A stretch of 32,743 bases of DNA. Origin: a virus. Taxonomy: Duplodnaviria > Caudoviricetes. The notes beneath the pieces are model-generated. The model was not told where the DNA came from. It searched no databases and saw only the letters and a list, made by a program, of their open reading frames with translations. Of this stretch, positions 1 through 7,515 are shown piece by piece. Positions within the stretch are counted from its first letter, which is position 1, and every line of letters begins with the position of its first letter. The translations under genes and the position numbers were made by a program. The DNA lies in IMG/VR virus record IMGVR_UViG_3300030330_004117, positions 1 to 32,743 of that record. One strand, given 5' to 3'.

Positions 1-2
1 TA

Positions 3-155
3 GCAGCTACTGTTACATCAAATATCAATACTGATGACATGCAAATGTTCGCAGCTTCAGTGTCAGCATCTGCTTCTGGTCAAAGAGTAACTAAGTTAGA
101 TTATATTTCTTGTACTCAAAACAGAAACGGTTCTGAATTAATTGGTAAAATATAA
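3..155 (+). CDS. 3' end of a probable capsid-associated structural protein (truncated at window edge)
   Basis: Frame 3 is open from the window start (AATVTSNINTDDMQMFAASVS...LDYISCTQNRNGSELIGKI) to TAA at 153-155. Codon usage matches the neighbouring structural genes. Confidence 0.6.
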   Translation, partial: AATVTSNINTDDMQMFAASVSASASGQRVTKLDYISCTQNRNGSELIGKI

Positions 156-161
156 TAATTA

Positions 162-181
162 GTGGCTCCTTCGGGAGCCAC
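162..181 (+). promoter_or_regulatory. Intergenic RNA hairpin with cUUCGg tetraloop
   Basis: GTGGCTCC-TTCG-GGAGCCAC forms a perfect 8-bp stem. It has no U-tract on + and lies just upstream of the RBS (GGAGA) of the next gene. Confidence 0.75.
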
Positions 182-200
182 AAACTATAGGAGAATAAAT

Positions 201-803
201 ATGTACATGGGTGACGTAAAGTCGAAAACTTTTATCGACTCGAACGCTTCTTCTGCAACATATGTTGCGGTAGCTGCTCGACCAACAACTACGTTTACTT
301 TAGCTAATTCTTCCTTTGGAACAAATACTGCAAGAAAAATTACGGCTACTACTTCCGGATCAAGTGATGGTGGAAAAACGGTAACCATTGTTGGAACAGA
401 TGAAGACGGAGACGCTCTTACTGAAGTAATTACTTTACCAGGTTCAGCTACGACAACTTCTGGAACTACAGGTGCTTTTTTGACAATAACTTCAGCTACT
501 GTTAGCGCACAACCTGCAGCTAACGTTTCTTTAGGAATGACTGCTGAAGTTTTTGGTTCTATTTTTGCAGGAAGAACAAGGGTAAGACAAGCTAACGTAG
601 CATCAGGAGGTGCTATTGGCAGTGTTGAAGTAAAAAACGAAAGTATTTCAGGTACTACTCAATTGACCTTGAGAACAACAGCAACCGAAGGTGATATCAG
701 TACAGTAAACATTCCTCAAGATGGAATTTTATACAAAGATGGTGCTTACATCAGTTTTTCAGAAGTTAGTTGTAATTCAGTAACTGTATATTTTGATGCT
801 TAA
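201..803 (+). CDS. Ser/Thr-rich virion structural protein (capsid decoration-like)
   Basis: ATG at 201 follows an AGGAGA RBS; the ORF-track GTG start at 162 lies inside the hairpin. The protein is T/S/A/G-rich with beta-strand character and lies in the head region. Confidence 0.6.
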   Translation: MYMGDVKSKTFIDSNASSATYVAVAARPTTTFTLANSSFGTNTARKITATTSGSSDGGKTVTIVGTDEDGDALTEVITLPGSATTTSGTTGAFLTITSATVSAQPAANVSLGMTAEVFGSIFAGRTRVRQANVASGGAIGSVEVKNESISGTTQLTLRTTATEGDISTVNIPQDGILYKDGAYISFSEVSCNSVTVYFDA

Positions 804-1116
804 AAAATTATACGGCACAGAAATTTTACGTTTTAGTCGTGGAGGAGATGTAATGCCTCCACGAAATAAAAAAAATTTTAGACCCACTAAAAAAGGTGCT
901 GGAATGACACGAGCCGGTGTTGCTGCATATAGAAAAGCAAACCCTGGTTCAAAATTAAAAACAGCCGTGACGGGTAAAGTAAAACCTGGCTCAAAAGCTG
1001 CTAAACGTAGAAAGAGTTTTTGCGCAAGGTCAGCAGGGCAAATGAAAAAATTTCCTAAAGCTGCTAAAGATCCGAATTCAAGATTAAGACAAGCAAGAAG
1101 GAGATGGAAATGTTAA
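796..1116 (+). CDS. Small highly basic phage protein (DUF6321-like)
   Basis: Contains GMTRAGVAAYRKANPGSKLK...RRKSFCARSAGQ...DPNSRLRQARRRWKC, a widespread phage family. Start is ambiguous: ATG 796 overlaps the upstream stop; ATG 853 follows GGAGGAG. Confidence 0.7.
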   Translation: MLKKLYGTEILRFSRGGDVMPPRNKKNFRPTKKGAGMTRAGVAAYRKANPGSKLKTAVTGKVKPGSKAAKRRKSFCARSAGQMKKFPKAAKDPNSRLRQARRRWKC

Positions 1117-1271
1117 AATGGATAAAATCATTATTTACTCCAAAAAAACAAATAGATGTGGAGATAAAAAAACCTGAAGAACCTAAATTAAATTTACATA
1201 AAATGACCAAGGGTGATTTGAAAAAACTTTATGCTCAAGGTAAAATAAAGGCTTCTCAATTAAAAAATTAA
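1110..1271 (+). CDS. 53-aa basic protein with amphipathic N-terminus (not in ORF track)
   Basis: MLKWIKSLFTPKKQIDVEIKKPEEPKLNLHKMTKGDLKKLYAQGKIKASQLKN. AAGGAG lies upstream and the start overlaps the previous stop. Confidence 0.6.
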   Translation: MLKWIKSLFTPKKQIDVEIKKPEEPKLNLHKMTKGDLKKLYAQGKIKASQLKN

Positions 1272-1281
1272 GGAGATAAAA

Positions 1282-1332
1282 ATGTTAAAAAAATTATGGG
1301 AAAAAATAAAAAGCTGGTTTTGGGTTAGTTAA
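1282..1332 (+). CDS. 16-aa amphipathic micropeptide
   Basis: MLKKLWEKIKSWFWVS with a strong AAGGAG RBS 6 nt upstream of the ATG. Confidence 0.55.
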   Translation: MLKKLWEKIKSWFWVS

Positions 1333-1347
1333 TGAAGAAGGGTTGTA

Positions 1348-1488
1348 ATGAATTACAGATTTACAGCATTACTAATATTTTTACTGTGCTTGCTGGCCTT
1401 GTTTGTAAGGCCAGCACCCCAGGCTACGTTGAAACTAGATAAAAAAGATATTATAATACCCTTACCAAAACCAAAATTAAATGACTAA
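1348..1488 (+). CDS. 46-aa membrane-anchored peptide
   Basis: MNYRFTALLIFLLCLLALFVRPAPQATLKLDKKDIIIPLPKPKLND has one hydrophobic segment; its stop overlaps the start of the next gene. Confidence 0.55.
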   Translation: MNYRFTALLIFLLCLLALFVRPAPQATLKLDKKDIIIPLPKPKLND

Positions 1489-1906
1489 GAAACCTTTAAA
1501 TATATCTGAAGAAGCTGCCGTACAGATGCCAATGAAGACGGTTGCCAGTCTGATAATAATCGTGGCACTCGGAACGATGGGTTACTTTCAAATTATAGAA
1601 CGTCTTAATATTGCTGACACCAAGATAAAGATAATGGAACAGGACGTTGATCAGAATACAGAATTTAGAATTAAATGGCCACGTGGACAGATGGGATCAC
1701 TGCCTGCAGATTCTGAGCAGTATATGATGTTGGAGGATTTGTACAAGACCACGGATCGTTTAAATAAACATATTGAATCAATGGCTTTGAATAAAGTAAA
1801 CATTGAGTTTTTAACAAAGCAGATGGACAAGGTTTTGCAAGACATAGAAAAATTAAAAGATGCTAATCGTGAGATTGGCTATAAAAATGGGAGTTATTCT
1901 CAATGA
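1481..1906 (+). CDS. Membrane protein with N-terminal TM helix and coiled-coil (possible lysis accessory)
   Basis: TM segment VASLIIIVALGTMGYF followed by a heptad-like helical region; ATGA coupling to the next gene. Confidence 0.6.
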   Translation: MTKKPLNISEEAAVQMPMKTVASLIIIVALGTMGYFQIIERLNIADTKIKIMEQDVDQNTEFRIKWPRGQMGSLPADSEQYMMLEDLYKTTDRLNKHIESMALNKVNIEFLTKQMDKVLQDIEKLKDANREIGYKNGSYSQ

Positions 1907-2115
1907 TAGAAGCTGTTGTAGGATTACTTATGTTTGTAAACGGAGAAATCAAAGAGGCTCGTTTGCAACCCTCAATGGCAAAATGTTTACGAGGCAAACG
2001 TGAAGCTGAGAGACAATTTTCAGAATCGGTTACATATAAATGTTGGAAGGGTAAAGCAGAATTAGAGGACAATATTGACGGTAGTAAAAGCATTAAAAAA
2101 TTAATAATAGAATGA
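1903..2115 (+). CDS. Small hypothetical protein with hydrophobic N-terminus and two Cys
   Basis: ORF track; translationally coupled (ATGA) at both ends; GGGAG upstream. Confidence 0.65.
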   Translation: MIEAVVGLLMFVNGEIKEARLQPSMAKCLRGKREAERQFSESVTYKCWKGKAELEDNIDGSKSIKKLIIE

Positions 2116-2249
2116 TACAATTTATAAAAAAAATTTTAGGATTTGATATACTAGAAAAACGTATAAGAATTCTAGAAAGAAAAAATTATTGGAGAGAAAA
2201 ATATAAACATGGCTTATCTGAACGCAAACATTCCTCCAATATATTGTAA
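2112..2249 (+). CDS. 45-aa basic peptide with amphipathic N-terminus (not in ORF track)
   Basis: MIQFIKKILGFDILEKRIRILERKNYWREKYKHGLSERKHSSNIL; ATGA overlap with the upstream gene; fills the gap before 2209. Confidence 0.5.
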   Translation: MIQFIKKILGFDILEKRIRILERKNYWREKYKHGLSERKHSSNIL

Positions 2250-2904
2250 AGTTAGAAAAGAATATTTGTATGATCTTAAAAAACATCAAGGAGAGTCTAG
2301 TGAATGTGTTATCTTTGGTCTTAGCTCTATTTCAGGTCGTGCTTTACTATTTAATATTATGTTGCCGAATGGTGCCTGTTACTGGAGGTTACCTATATCA
2401 GCTTTTTTCCAAAAAAATTTTAAAAGAGAAAACGTTAAAGATATGCAAGTTAGTGAATTGGAATTATGGAATTGTTTTAGTTATTGGCCTAGTATTCATT
2501 GTTTTGATTGGTTGGATGGTTTAAATGGGAAATATCTTGGTCTTGATAAAAAATTTTATCACGGACAGTATTTATTCACTGTTGACTGGGCTCATCCTGA
2601 CACCAATATTATTGATGTGGAACATTCTGAAATACCTCAAGAACATAAGTGTGCGCATATATTGGCTCTTACTAACGGTAATTATGCAGCTCAGCCTAAT
2701 AACCGTATTCTGTGGCATGTTAATAGTTACACTACTGATAACAGTTGGCCTGACTATAAAGTCCAAAGTACTTACTGGGATGCAGAAGCTACGGATATGG
2801 TAACGGAGGATTCAGATAAAATGTTTTATCAAATGGAAAAAAAAGAACAAGCAGAGGATTTAAGTTTTGAAAATAATGGAGGGAAAAATGAATCTAAGTC
2901 GTAA
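2209..2904 (+). CDS. Conserved hypothetical phage protein
   Basis: 231 aa, GGAGAG RBS, aromatic/His/Cys-rich (EHKCAHIL, AAQPNNRILW). Function not recognisable. Confidence 0.8.
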   Translation: MAYLNANIPPIYCKVRKEYLYDLKKHQGESSECVIFGLSSISGRALLFNIMLPNGACYWRLPISAFFQKNFKRENVKDMQVSELELWNCFSYWPSIHCFDWLDGLNGKYLGLDKKFYHGQYLFTVDWAHPDTNIIDVEHSEIPQEHKCAHILALTNGNYAAQPNNRILWHVNSYTTDNSWPDYKVQSTYWDAEATDMVTEDSDKMFYQMEKKEQAEDLSFENNGGKNESKS

Positions 2905-3364
2905 TTTTACTTTATCAGAGCTGATTAAATCAGACACTGCAATACGTAAAGGCATAAATAATAATCCAAACGCAGAGCAAATAGAAAAATTAAAAGCATT
3001 ATGTGAAAATATTTTACAGCCAGTACGTGACCATTTTGGCAGAGTTAAGGTGACCAGTGGATACCGTAGCGCAGAATTATGTGAAGCCATTGGTAGCTCA
3101 GCAAGATCGCAGCATGCCAAAGCTGAAGCCGCAGACTTCGAATGTATTGGCGTGGACAACGCTGAACTATTTGATTGGATTAAGGACAACCTTACACCAG
3201 ATCAATTGATCCTCGAATTCTACACTCCTGGCGAACCTAATAGCGGATGGATTCATGCTAGTTGGATAGAGGGGACACCAAGAGCATCATTCTTACACGC
3301 TTACAAATCAGAAGGAAAAACAAAATATAAACCTGTACTAGGAAAGGCTAAGGACTTAGTCTAA
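2888..3364 (+). CDS. Endolysin, peptidase M15 family (Zn D-Ala-D-Ala carboxypeptidase-like)
   Basis: Motifs LSRNFTLSEL, VTSGYR, SQHAKAEAAD (SxHxxxxAxD) and WIHAS. ATG 2888 follows GGAGG. Confidence 0.88.
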   Translation: MNLSRNFTLSELIKSDTAIRKGINNNPNAEQIEKLKALCENILQPVRDHFGRVKVTSGYRSAELCEAIGSSARSQHAKAEAADFECIGVDNAELFDWIKDNLTPDQLILEFYTPGEPNSGWIHASWIEGTPRASFLHAYKSEGKTKYKPVLGKAKDLV

Positions 3365-3856
3365 ATCAATATTAAAACTTATAATAATTTTTGGATCGAA
3401 ATAAATGTTTCTTGGTGAGCAGTGCTTCCAAAAAGCAGGAAAAGTTAAAATTTGACCCTCTTTTACTTTTATGTTTTTTTCTTTGTTAAAAACTAATATA
3501 GAAGTTTTTAAATTTGGGTTAGGCAAACTTAAATAATAAACATTTGTAAAATGAGTGTCAGTGTGCACATGCCAATTGTGGTAATCACCTACGTCATACC
3601 ATTGAAACCAAAAATTATGTAAAATTATTTGTTGTTTTGTTTTTTGATTAAAAAATTTACTCCATTGATTGAATATGTTATTTAAAAAATATTCTTGCCA
3701 TTCTTTTTTTGTTTGATCAGATAAATTCCAATCCGTGTGACTTATATTATCATATTTATTTTTTGGTATTTTTTTTATTAAACTTATAAGATTTTCTTTA
3801 TGCTCTACATGGTTTTTTACTTTGAAAATTGAGTAATAATCTTTTTCTAAGGTCAT
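3356..3856 (-). CDS. 2OG-Fe(II) oxygenase-like protein (HxH type)
   Basis: WFQWY..HNWHVH..FTNVYYL..GQILTFPAFWKH..KIIISFNI, a double-stranded beta-helix pattern. Confidence 0.8.
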   Translation of the reverse strand: MTLEKDYYSIFKVKNHVEHKENLISLIKKIPKNKYDNISHTDWNLSDQTKKEWQEYFLNNIFNQWSKFFNQKTKQQIILHNFWFQWYDVGDYHNWHVHTDTHFTNVYYLSLPNPNLKTSILVFNKEKNIKVKEGQILTFPAFWKHCSPRNIYFDPKIIISFNIDLD

Positions 3857-4434
3857 AATTTTGTAATATCAAAAGCTAGAGAATATCTATCTTGATTAGA
3901 AAAGTTTGTGCTTATTTTATGATGCACATGACTTGGAAACATAATCAACAAACCATCTTTTGGTTCAACATGCCAATTTTGAGCATTTAAATAATTACCA
4001 TGTAAAAATTCATCTTCATCAAAGATATGTTTTGCATAAAAATTTTTAAACATAATTTCACCAGAATTTTTAGGCGTATCTAGATAAAAAACGCCAGAGA
4101 AAACACTTGTATGTGTATGATAATTAGATTTACAATTTGGTGGAGTTTTAGTTATCCAAGACTGATATATCTGATAGGGTTTATTTATAATTAAACTTCT
4201 GTGTAAAAAATTTTCTATTTCGTTTAATATATTCTTTTTTAAATCTAAGAAGTTTTCATTATCTAAAATGTGTTTATCGACAGTTAAAAACCCCAGATTG
4301 TCATTCAGTTCCTCTCTTCTAAATTCTTCTTTGTATTCTATGTTTTTGATAAACTTTAATATTTTATTACGATCATATTCTATATAATTAGTGTATAATG
4401 GTGAGCTAAATAAAGGAACAATATTTGCGGTCAT
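3853..4434 (-). CDS. 2OG-Fe(II) oxygenase (TIGR02466/2OG-FeII_Oxy_5-like)
   Basis: SWITKT..YHTH..FSGVFYL..GEIMF..LLIMFPSHVHH..DRYSLAFD. Confidence 0.85.
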   Translation of the reverse strand: MTANIVPLFSSPLYTNYIEYDRNKILKFIKNIEYKEEFRREELNDNLGFLTVDKHILDNENFLDLKKNILNEIENFLHRSLIINKPYQIYQSWITKTPPNCKSNYHTHTSVFSGVFYLDTPKNSGEIMFKNFYAKHIFDEDEFLHGNYLNAQNWHVEPKDGLLIMFPSHVHHKISTNFSNQDRYSLAFDITKL

Positions 4435-4442
4435 GTTAAAAA

Positions 4443-4450
4443 ATTATACT
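4443..4450. promoter_or_regulatory. Overlapping divergent -10 boxes (probably leaderless transcripts)
   Basis: Minus-strand TATAAT (4448-4443) lies 8 nt before ATG 4434; plus-strand TATACT (4445-4450) lies 4 nt before ATG 4455. Neither gene has an SD sequence. Confidence 0.45.
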
Positions 4451-4454
4451 CAAA

Positions 4455-4601
4455 ATGTCAAAAAATCCAATAGCTAAAAAACTAAGGTCTAGAACTTATA
4501 AACCAAAAGTGATAGAATCCAAGAGATTATATAATCGGAAAAAGGAGAAACATGCCACTTACAAAAAAAGGTCGGAAAATTATGAAAGCCATGAAAGGTG
4601 A
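4455..4601 (+). CDS. 48-aa basic peptide, ArfA-like motif (not in ORF track)
   Basis: MSKNPIAKKLRSRTYKPKVIESKRLYNRKKEKHATYKKRSENYESHER. Confidence 0.6.
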   Translation: MSKNPIAKKLRSRTYKPKVIESKRLYNRKKEKHATYKKRSENYESHER

Positions 4602-4848
4602 ATATGGTAACAAAAAAGGTGAGCAAATTTTCTATGCCACAAAAAATAAAGGAAAAATTAAAGGAGTAGAAAAAGCAGCAATGGGTAGAGCCATGTTCAA
4701 ACAAACTACTTCTAAAGCTCCTGGTGATGCACAAATGAAAGTTAAGGAACCTTATGTAGGAAGTTATATAAAATCTGAGTTAGATGGTAATTATATATCA
4801 AATAAAAGTTATGAAAATTATTATGGAGAATTTTTAAAAGGAATTTAA
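4552..4848 (+). CDS. Small basic phage protein
   Basis: AAGGAG RBS; the N-terminus MPLTKKGRKIMKAMKGEYGNKKGEQIFYATKNKGKIKGVE matches a common phage family. Confidence 0.75.
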   Translation: MPLTKKGRKIMKAMKGEYGNKKGEQIFYATKNKGKIKGVEKAAMGRAMFKQTTSKAPGDAQMKVKEPYVGSYIKSELDGNYISNKSYENYYGEFLKGI

Positions 4849-4850
4849 TA

Positions 4851-5234
4851 ATGTACAAAAAACAAATGCTATTAGGTGGTCTTTTGAGAATTAAAGGTAT
4901 GAGACAAATGATAAAGTCAAAGCCATATCAAGCTGAAAGAAAAAAAGCCTTAACAGAAACAAGCAAAGCATACAAAAGTAAAAAAACTCAAAAATCTACA
5001 AAAGATAAAAAATTTTTAAGAGGTTTGCAAAAAATGGATACACAAAGAGTTAAAGCTTCTAGGCTCTTAGACATGTCTCAATTTCTTGTTAAAGAAGCTA
5101 GAAAAACTGGAAGAAAAGATATGACAAAAGTAGGAAGAAAATTAAGAAGAGGTGTTTTTGATTATGGTCAAAGCATAAAAAGAAAAGCTACGGAAATGAT
5201 TAACAGAAAAACACAAAGGAAAAAATTAAACTAA
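4851..5234 (+). CDS. Lys/Arg-rich hypothetical protein
   Basis: ORF track; tightly packed between neighbours; extremely basic. Confidence 0.7.
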   Translation: MYKKQMLLGGLLRIKGMRQMIKSKPYQAERKKALTETSKAYKSKKTQKSTKDKKFLRGLQKMDTQRVKASRLLDMSQFLVKEARKTGRKDMTKVGRKLRRGVFDYGQSIKRKATEMINRKTQRKKLN

Positions 5235-5235
5235 C

Positions 5236-5931
5236 ATGGCAACATCAGGATCTACAGGATTTAATTTAAACATTGATGATATTATTCAAGAGGGTTATCA
5301 AAGATGTTCTATAACAACCACTTCAGGTTATGATTTAAAATCTGCAAGAAGAAGTTTAAATCTTCTTTTTTCTGAATGGGGTAATAGAGGTATTCATTTG
5401 TGGAAAGTTGATTTAAATGAATTAGCTTTGGTATCGGGACAAGCAGAGTATTCTGTAGCCTCTGACGTAAGTGATGTTTTAGAAGCTTTTATTTCATCAA
5501 CAGCGACAGCGTCTGATAATGCAAACACTCAAGATATATCTTTAACAAAAATAGACAGATCTGCTTATGCAGCTCTTCCAAACAAATTAGCAACTGGACA
5601 ACCTTCACAATATTATGTCGAAAGACAAACAACACCAAAAATTTATTTATATCAAGCTCCTAACTTAAGCACATACACAGTTTTAAAATATTATGTATTA
5701 AAAAGAATAGAAGATGCAGGTGGGTATCATAATGATGCAGATGTTGTTTATAGATTTTTGCCATGTATGTGTGCAGGATTGGCGTATTATCTCGCTATGA
5801 AAGTAGCGCCACAATTAGTACAACAAAACAAATTAATTTATGAAGACGAATTGAAAAGAGCGTTAGATGAAGATGGTCAAAGAACATCTGTCTATCTATC
5901 ACCACAATCATTTTATCCAAGTGGAGTATAA
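5236..5931 (+). CDS. Head-tail adaptor / tail tubular protein A-like
   Basis: Helical N-terminus (DIIQEGY..ARRSLNLLFSEWGNRGIHLW), beta insert (GQPSQYY..IYLYQAP) and C-terminal AGLAYYLA, typical of podoviral adaptors. Confidence 0.65.
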   Translation: MATSGSTGFNLNIDDIIQEGYQRCSITTTSGYDLKSARRSLNLLFSEWGNRGIHLWKVDLNELALVSGQAEYSVASDVSDVLEAFISSTATASDNANTQDISLTKIDRSAYAALPNKLATGQPSQYYVERQTTPKIYLYQAPNLSTYTVLKYYVLKRIEDAGGYHNDADVVYRFLPCMCAGLAYYLAMKVAPQLVQQNKLIYEDELKRALDEDGQRTSVYLSPQSFYPSGV

Positions 5932-5933
5932 AT

Positions 5934-6374
5934 ATGGGAAAATATGCAACAGGTAAAAAAGCTTTAGCTATTTCTGACAGATCAGGTCAGGCTTTTCCTT
6001 ATACTGAAATGGTAAAAGAATGGAATGGTTCTTTTGTGCATATATCAGAGTTTGAGCCTAAACATCCTCAAATTAGAAGAAGACAAGCTGTTACAGATGC
6101 AATTGCATTACAAAACGCAAGACCACAAAGATTCCAACAACCAACTGTTGAATTTCAAAACGATGTCACATCATCTAATTCTGGAGGTGCATCTGTTGGT
6201 ATAGCAAATTTAACTTTACCTGGAGACTTTGCTTTCAAAACACAAGAGTTTGAAGTGACAACTAATGGAATTACTACTACAATACATAGTATGGTTCCTG
6301 AGGATCCATCATTACAAAACAGAAGAAGAGAATTAATTTCTTTAATTGGGAACGTAGGAGTTAGTATAACATAA
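5934..6374 (+). CDS. Hypothetical virion-module protein
   Basis: N-terminal AISDRSG..PY.EMVKEWNG..VH.SEFEPKHPQ motif; GGAG RBS. Confidence 0.7.
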   Translation: MGKYATGKKALAISDRSGQAFPYTEMVKEWNGSFVHISEFEPKHPQIRRRQAVTDAIALQNARPQRFQQPTVEFQNDVTSSNSGGASVGIANLTLPGDFAFKTQEFEVTTNGITTTIHSMVPEDPSLQNRRRELISLIGNVGVSIT

Positions 6375-7039
6375 TGGCAATAACACACGCAAATTTTTTA
6401 ACACAGATAAGAAATTATACAGAGGTTGGAAGCACAGTATTATCTGATTCACAAATACAAGAATTTATAAGAAACGTAGAGTTAGATGTGGCGGGTAAAG
6501 TAGATTACGATGATCTTAGAAAATATGCTACATCAAATTTTACAGCGGGTAACAGAGCTGTTTCTTTACCATCTGATTTATTAATATTACGATCGGTAGA
6601 ATTCGTGGATTCTAGTGGTAACAGAACTTTTCTAGAAAAAAGAGATACAAGTTTTATTTCTGAATTTAATGGCACTGGTAGACAAGGCACTCCTAAGTAT
6701 TACGCTAATTATGATGATTTTAATATTATTGTAGCTCCAACTCCTGCAACAGCTGATACGGTGCAAATAAACTACATAAAAGATGCACCAAATTTCACGT
6801 CTACTACCAATACTTTTTTATCTACATATCAAGAATCTATGCTATTGCACGGTGTCTTATCTGAATGTTTCAGGTTTTTAAAAGGGCCCATGGATATGTA
6901 CAAATTATATAATGACAAGTATAATGAAGAGATACAAAATTTTGCCCTACAACAAATGGGTAGAAGAAGACGTGCGGAATATGACGATGGTGTTCCAAGA
7001 GTAAAAATACCTAGTCCTAGTCCAAACACAACTTATTAA
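6374..7039 (+). CDS. Second head-tail adaptor-like protein
   Basis: QIRNYTE..FIRNVE..GTPKYYA..IIVAPTP..TNTFLS..LLHGVL pattern of phage adaptor proteins. Confidence 0.65.
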   Translation: MAITHANFLTQIRNYTEVGSTVLSDSQIQEFIRNVELDVAGKVDYDDLRKYATSNFTAGNRAVSLPSDLLILRSVEFVDSSGNRTFLEKRDTSFISEFNGTGRQGTPKYYANYDDFNIIVAPTPATADTVQINYIKDAPNFTSTTNTFLSTYQESMLLHGVLSECFRFLKGPMDMYKLYNDKYNEEIQNFALQQMGRRRRAEYDDGVPRVKIPSPSPNTTY

Positions 7040-7051
7040 AGGAGGCCAATA

Positions 7052-7498
7052 ATGGCAATAACAACAAATGCAATTTGTGATTCTTTTAAAAAAGAATTAC
7101 TACAAGGAAAGCATGACTTTGACACATCATCTGACACGTATAAGTTAGCGATGTATACAAGTTCTGCTACATTAGGTAAATCAACTACGAATTATGCAAC
7201 TGCAAACGAAGTATCATCTCCATCAGGATATTCTGCTGGCGGAAAAGCTTTAGTAAATCAAGGTGTAAAAGTTTCTTCATCTGTGGCTATTACAGATTTT
7301 GCTGACTTATCTTTTGTAGGTGTTACTCTAACAGCTAGAGGTGCTTTAATTTATAATACGACAACTGATGGTGGTTCAAATACTACTGATGCAGTGGCTG
7401 TGTTAGATTTTGGTGGAGACAAAACTGCAACTTCAGGAACATTTACAGTTCAGTTTCCGGCATTCACAACATCTGCTGCTATATTGAGATTAGCTTAA
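7052..7498 (+). CDS. Tail-associated structural protein
   Basis: AAGGAGG RBS; SFKKELL..YKLAMYT..GYSAGG..TARGALIYN..AVLDFGGDK pattern, typical upstream of tail fibre genes. Confidence 0.7.
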   Translation: MAITTNAICDSFKKELLQGKHDFDTSSDTYKLAMYTSSATLGKSTTNYATANEVSSPSGYSAGGKALVNQGVKVSSSVAITDFADLSFVGVTLTARGALIYNTTTDGGSNTTDAVAVLDFGGDKTATSGTFTVQFPAFTTSAAILRLA

Positions 7499-7515
7499 TT
7501 TAAAGGAGGAGCCTA

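Noticed and set aside
162-200. ORF-track N-terminal extension from GTG 162
   Set aside because: The GTG lies within the UUCG hairpin, and ATG 201 has a proper RBS.
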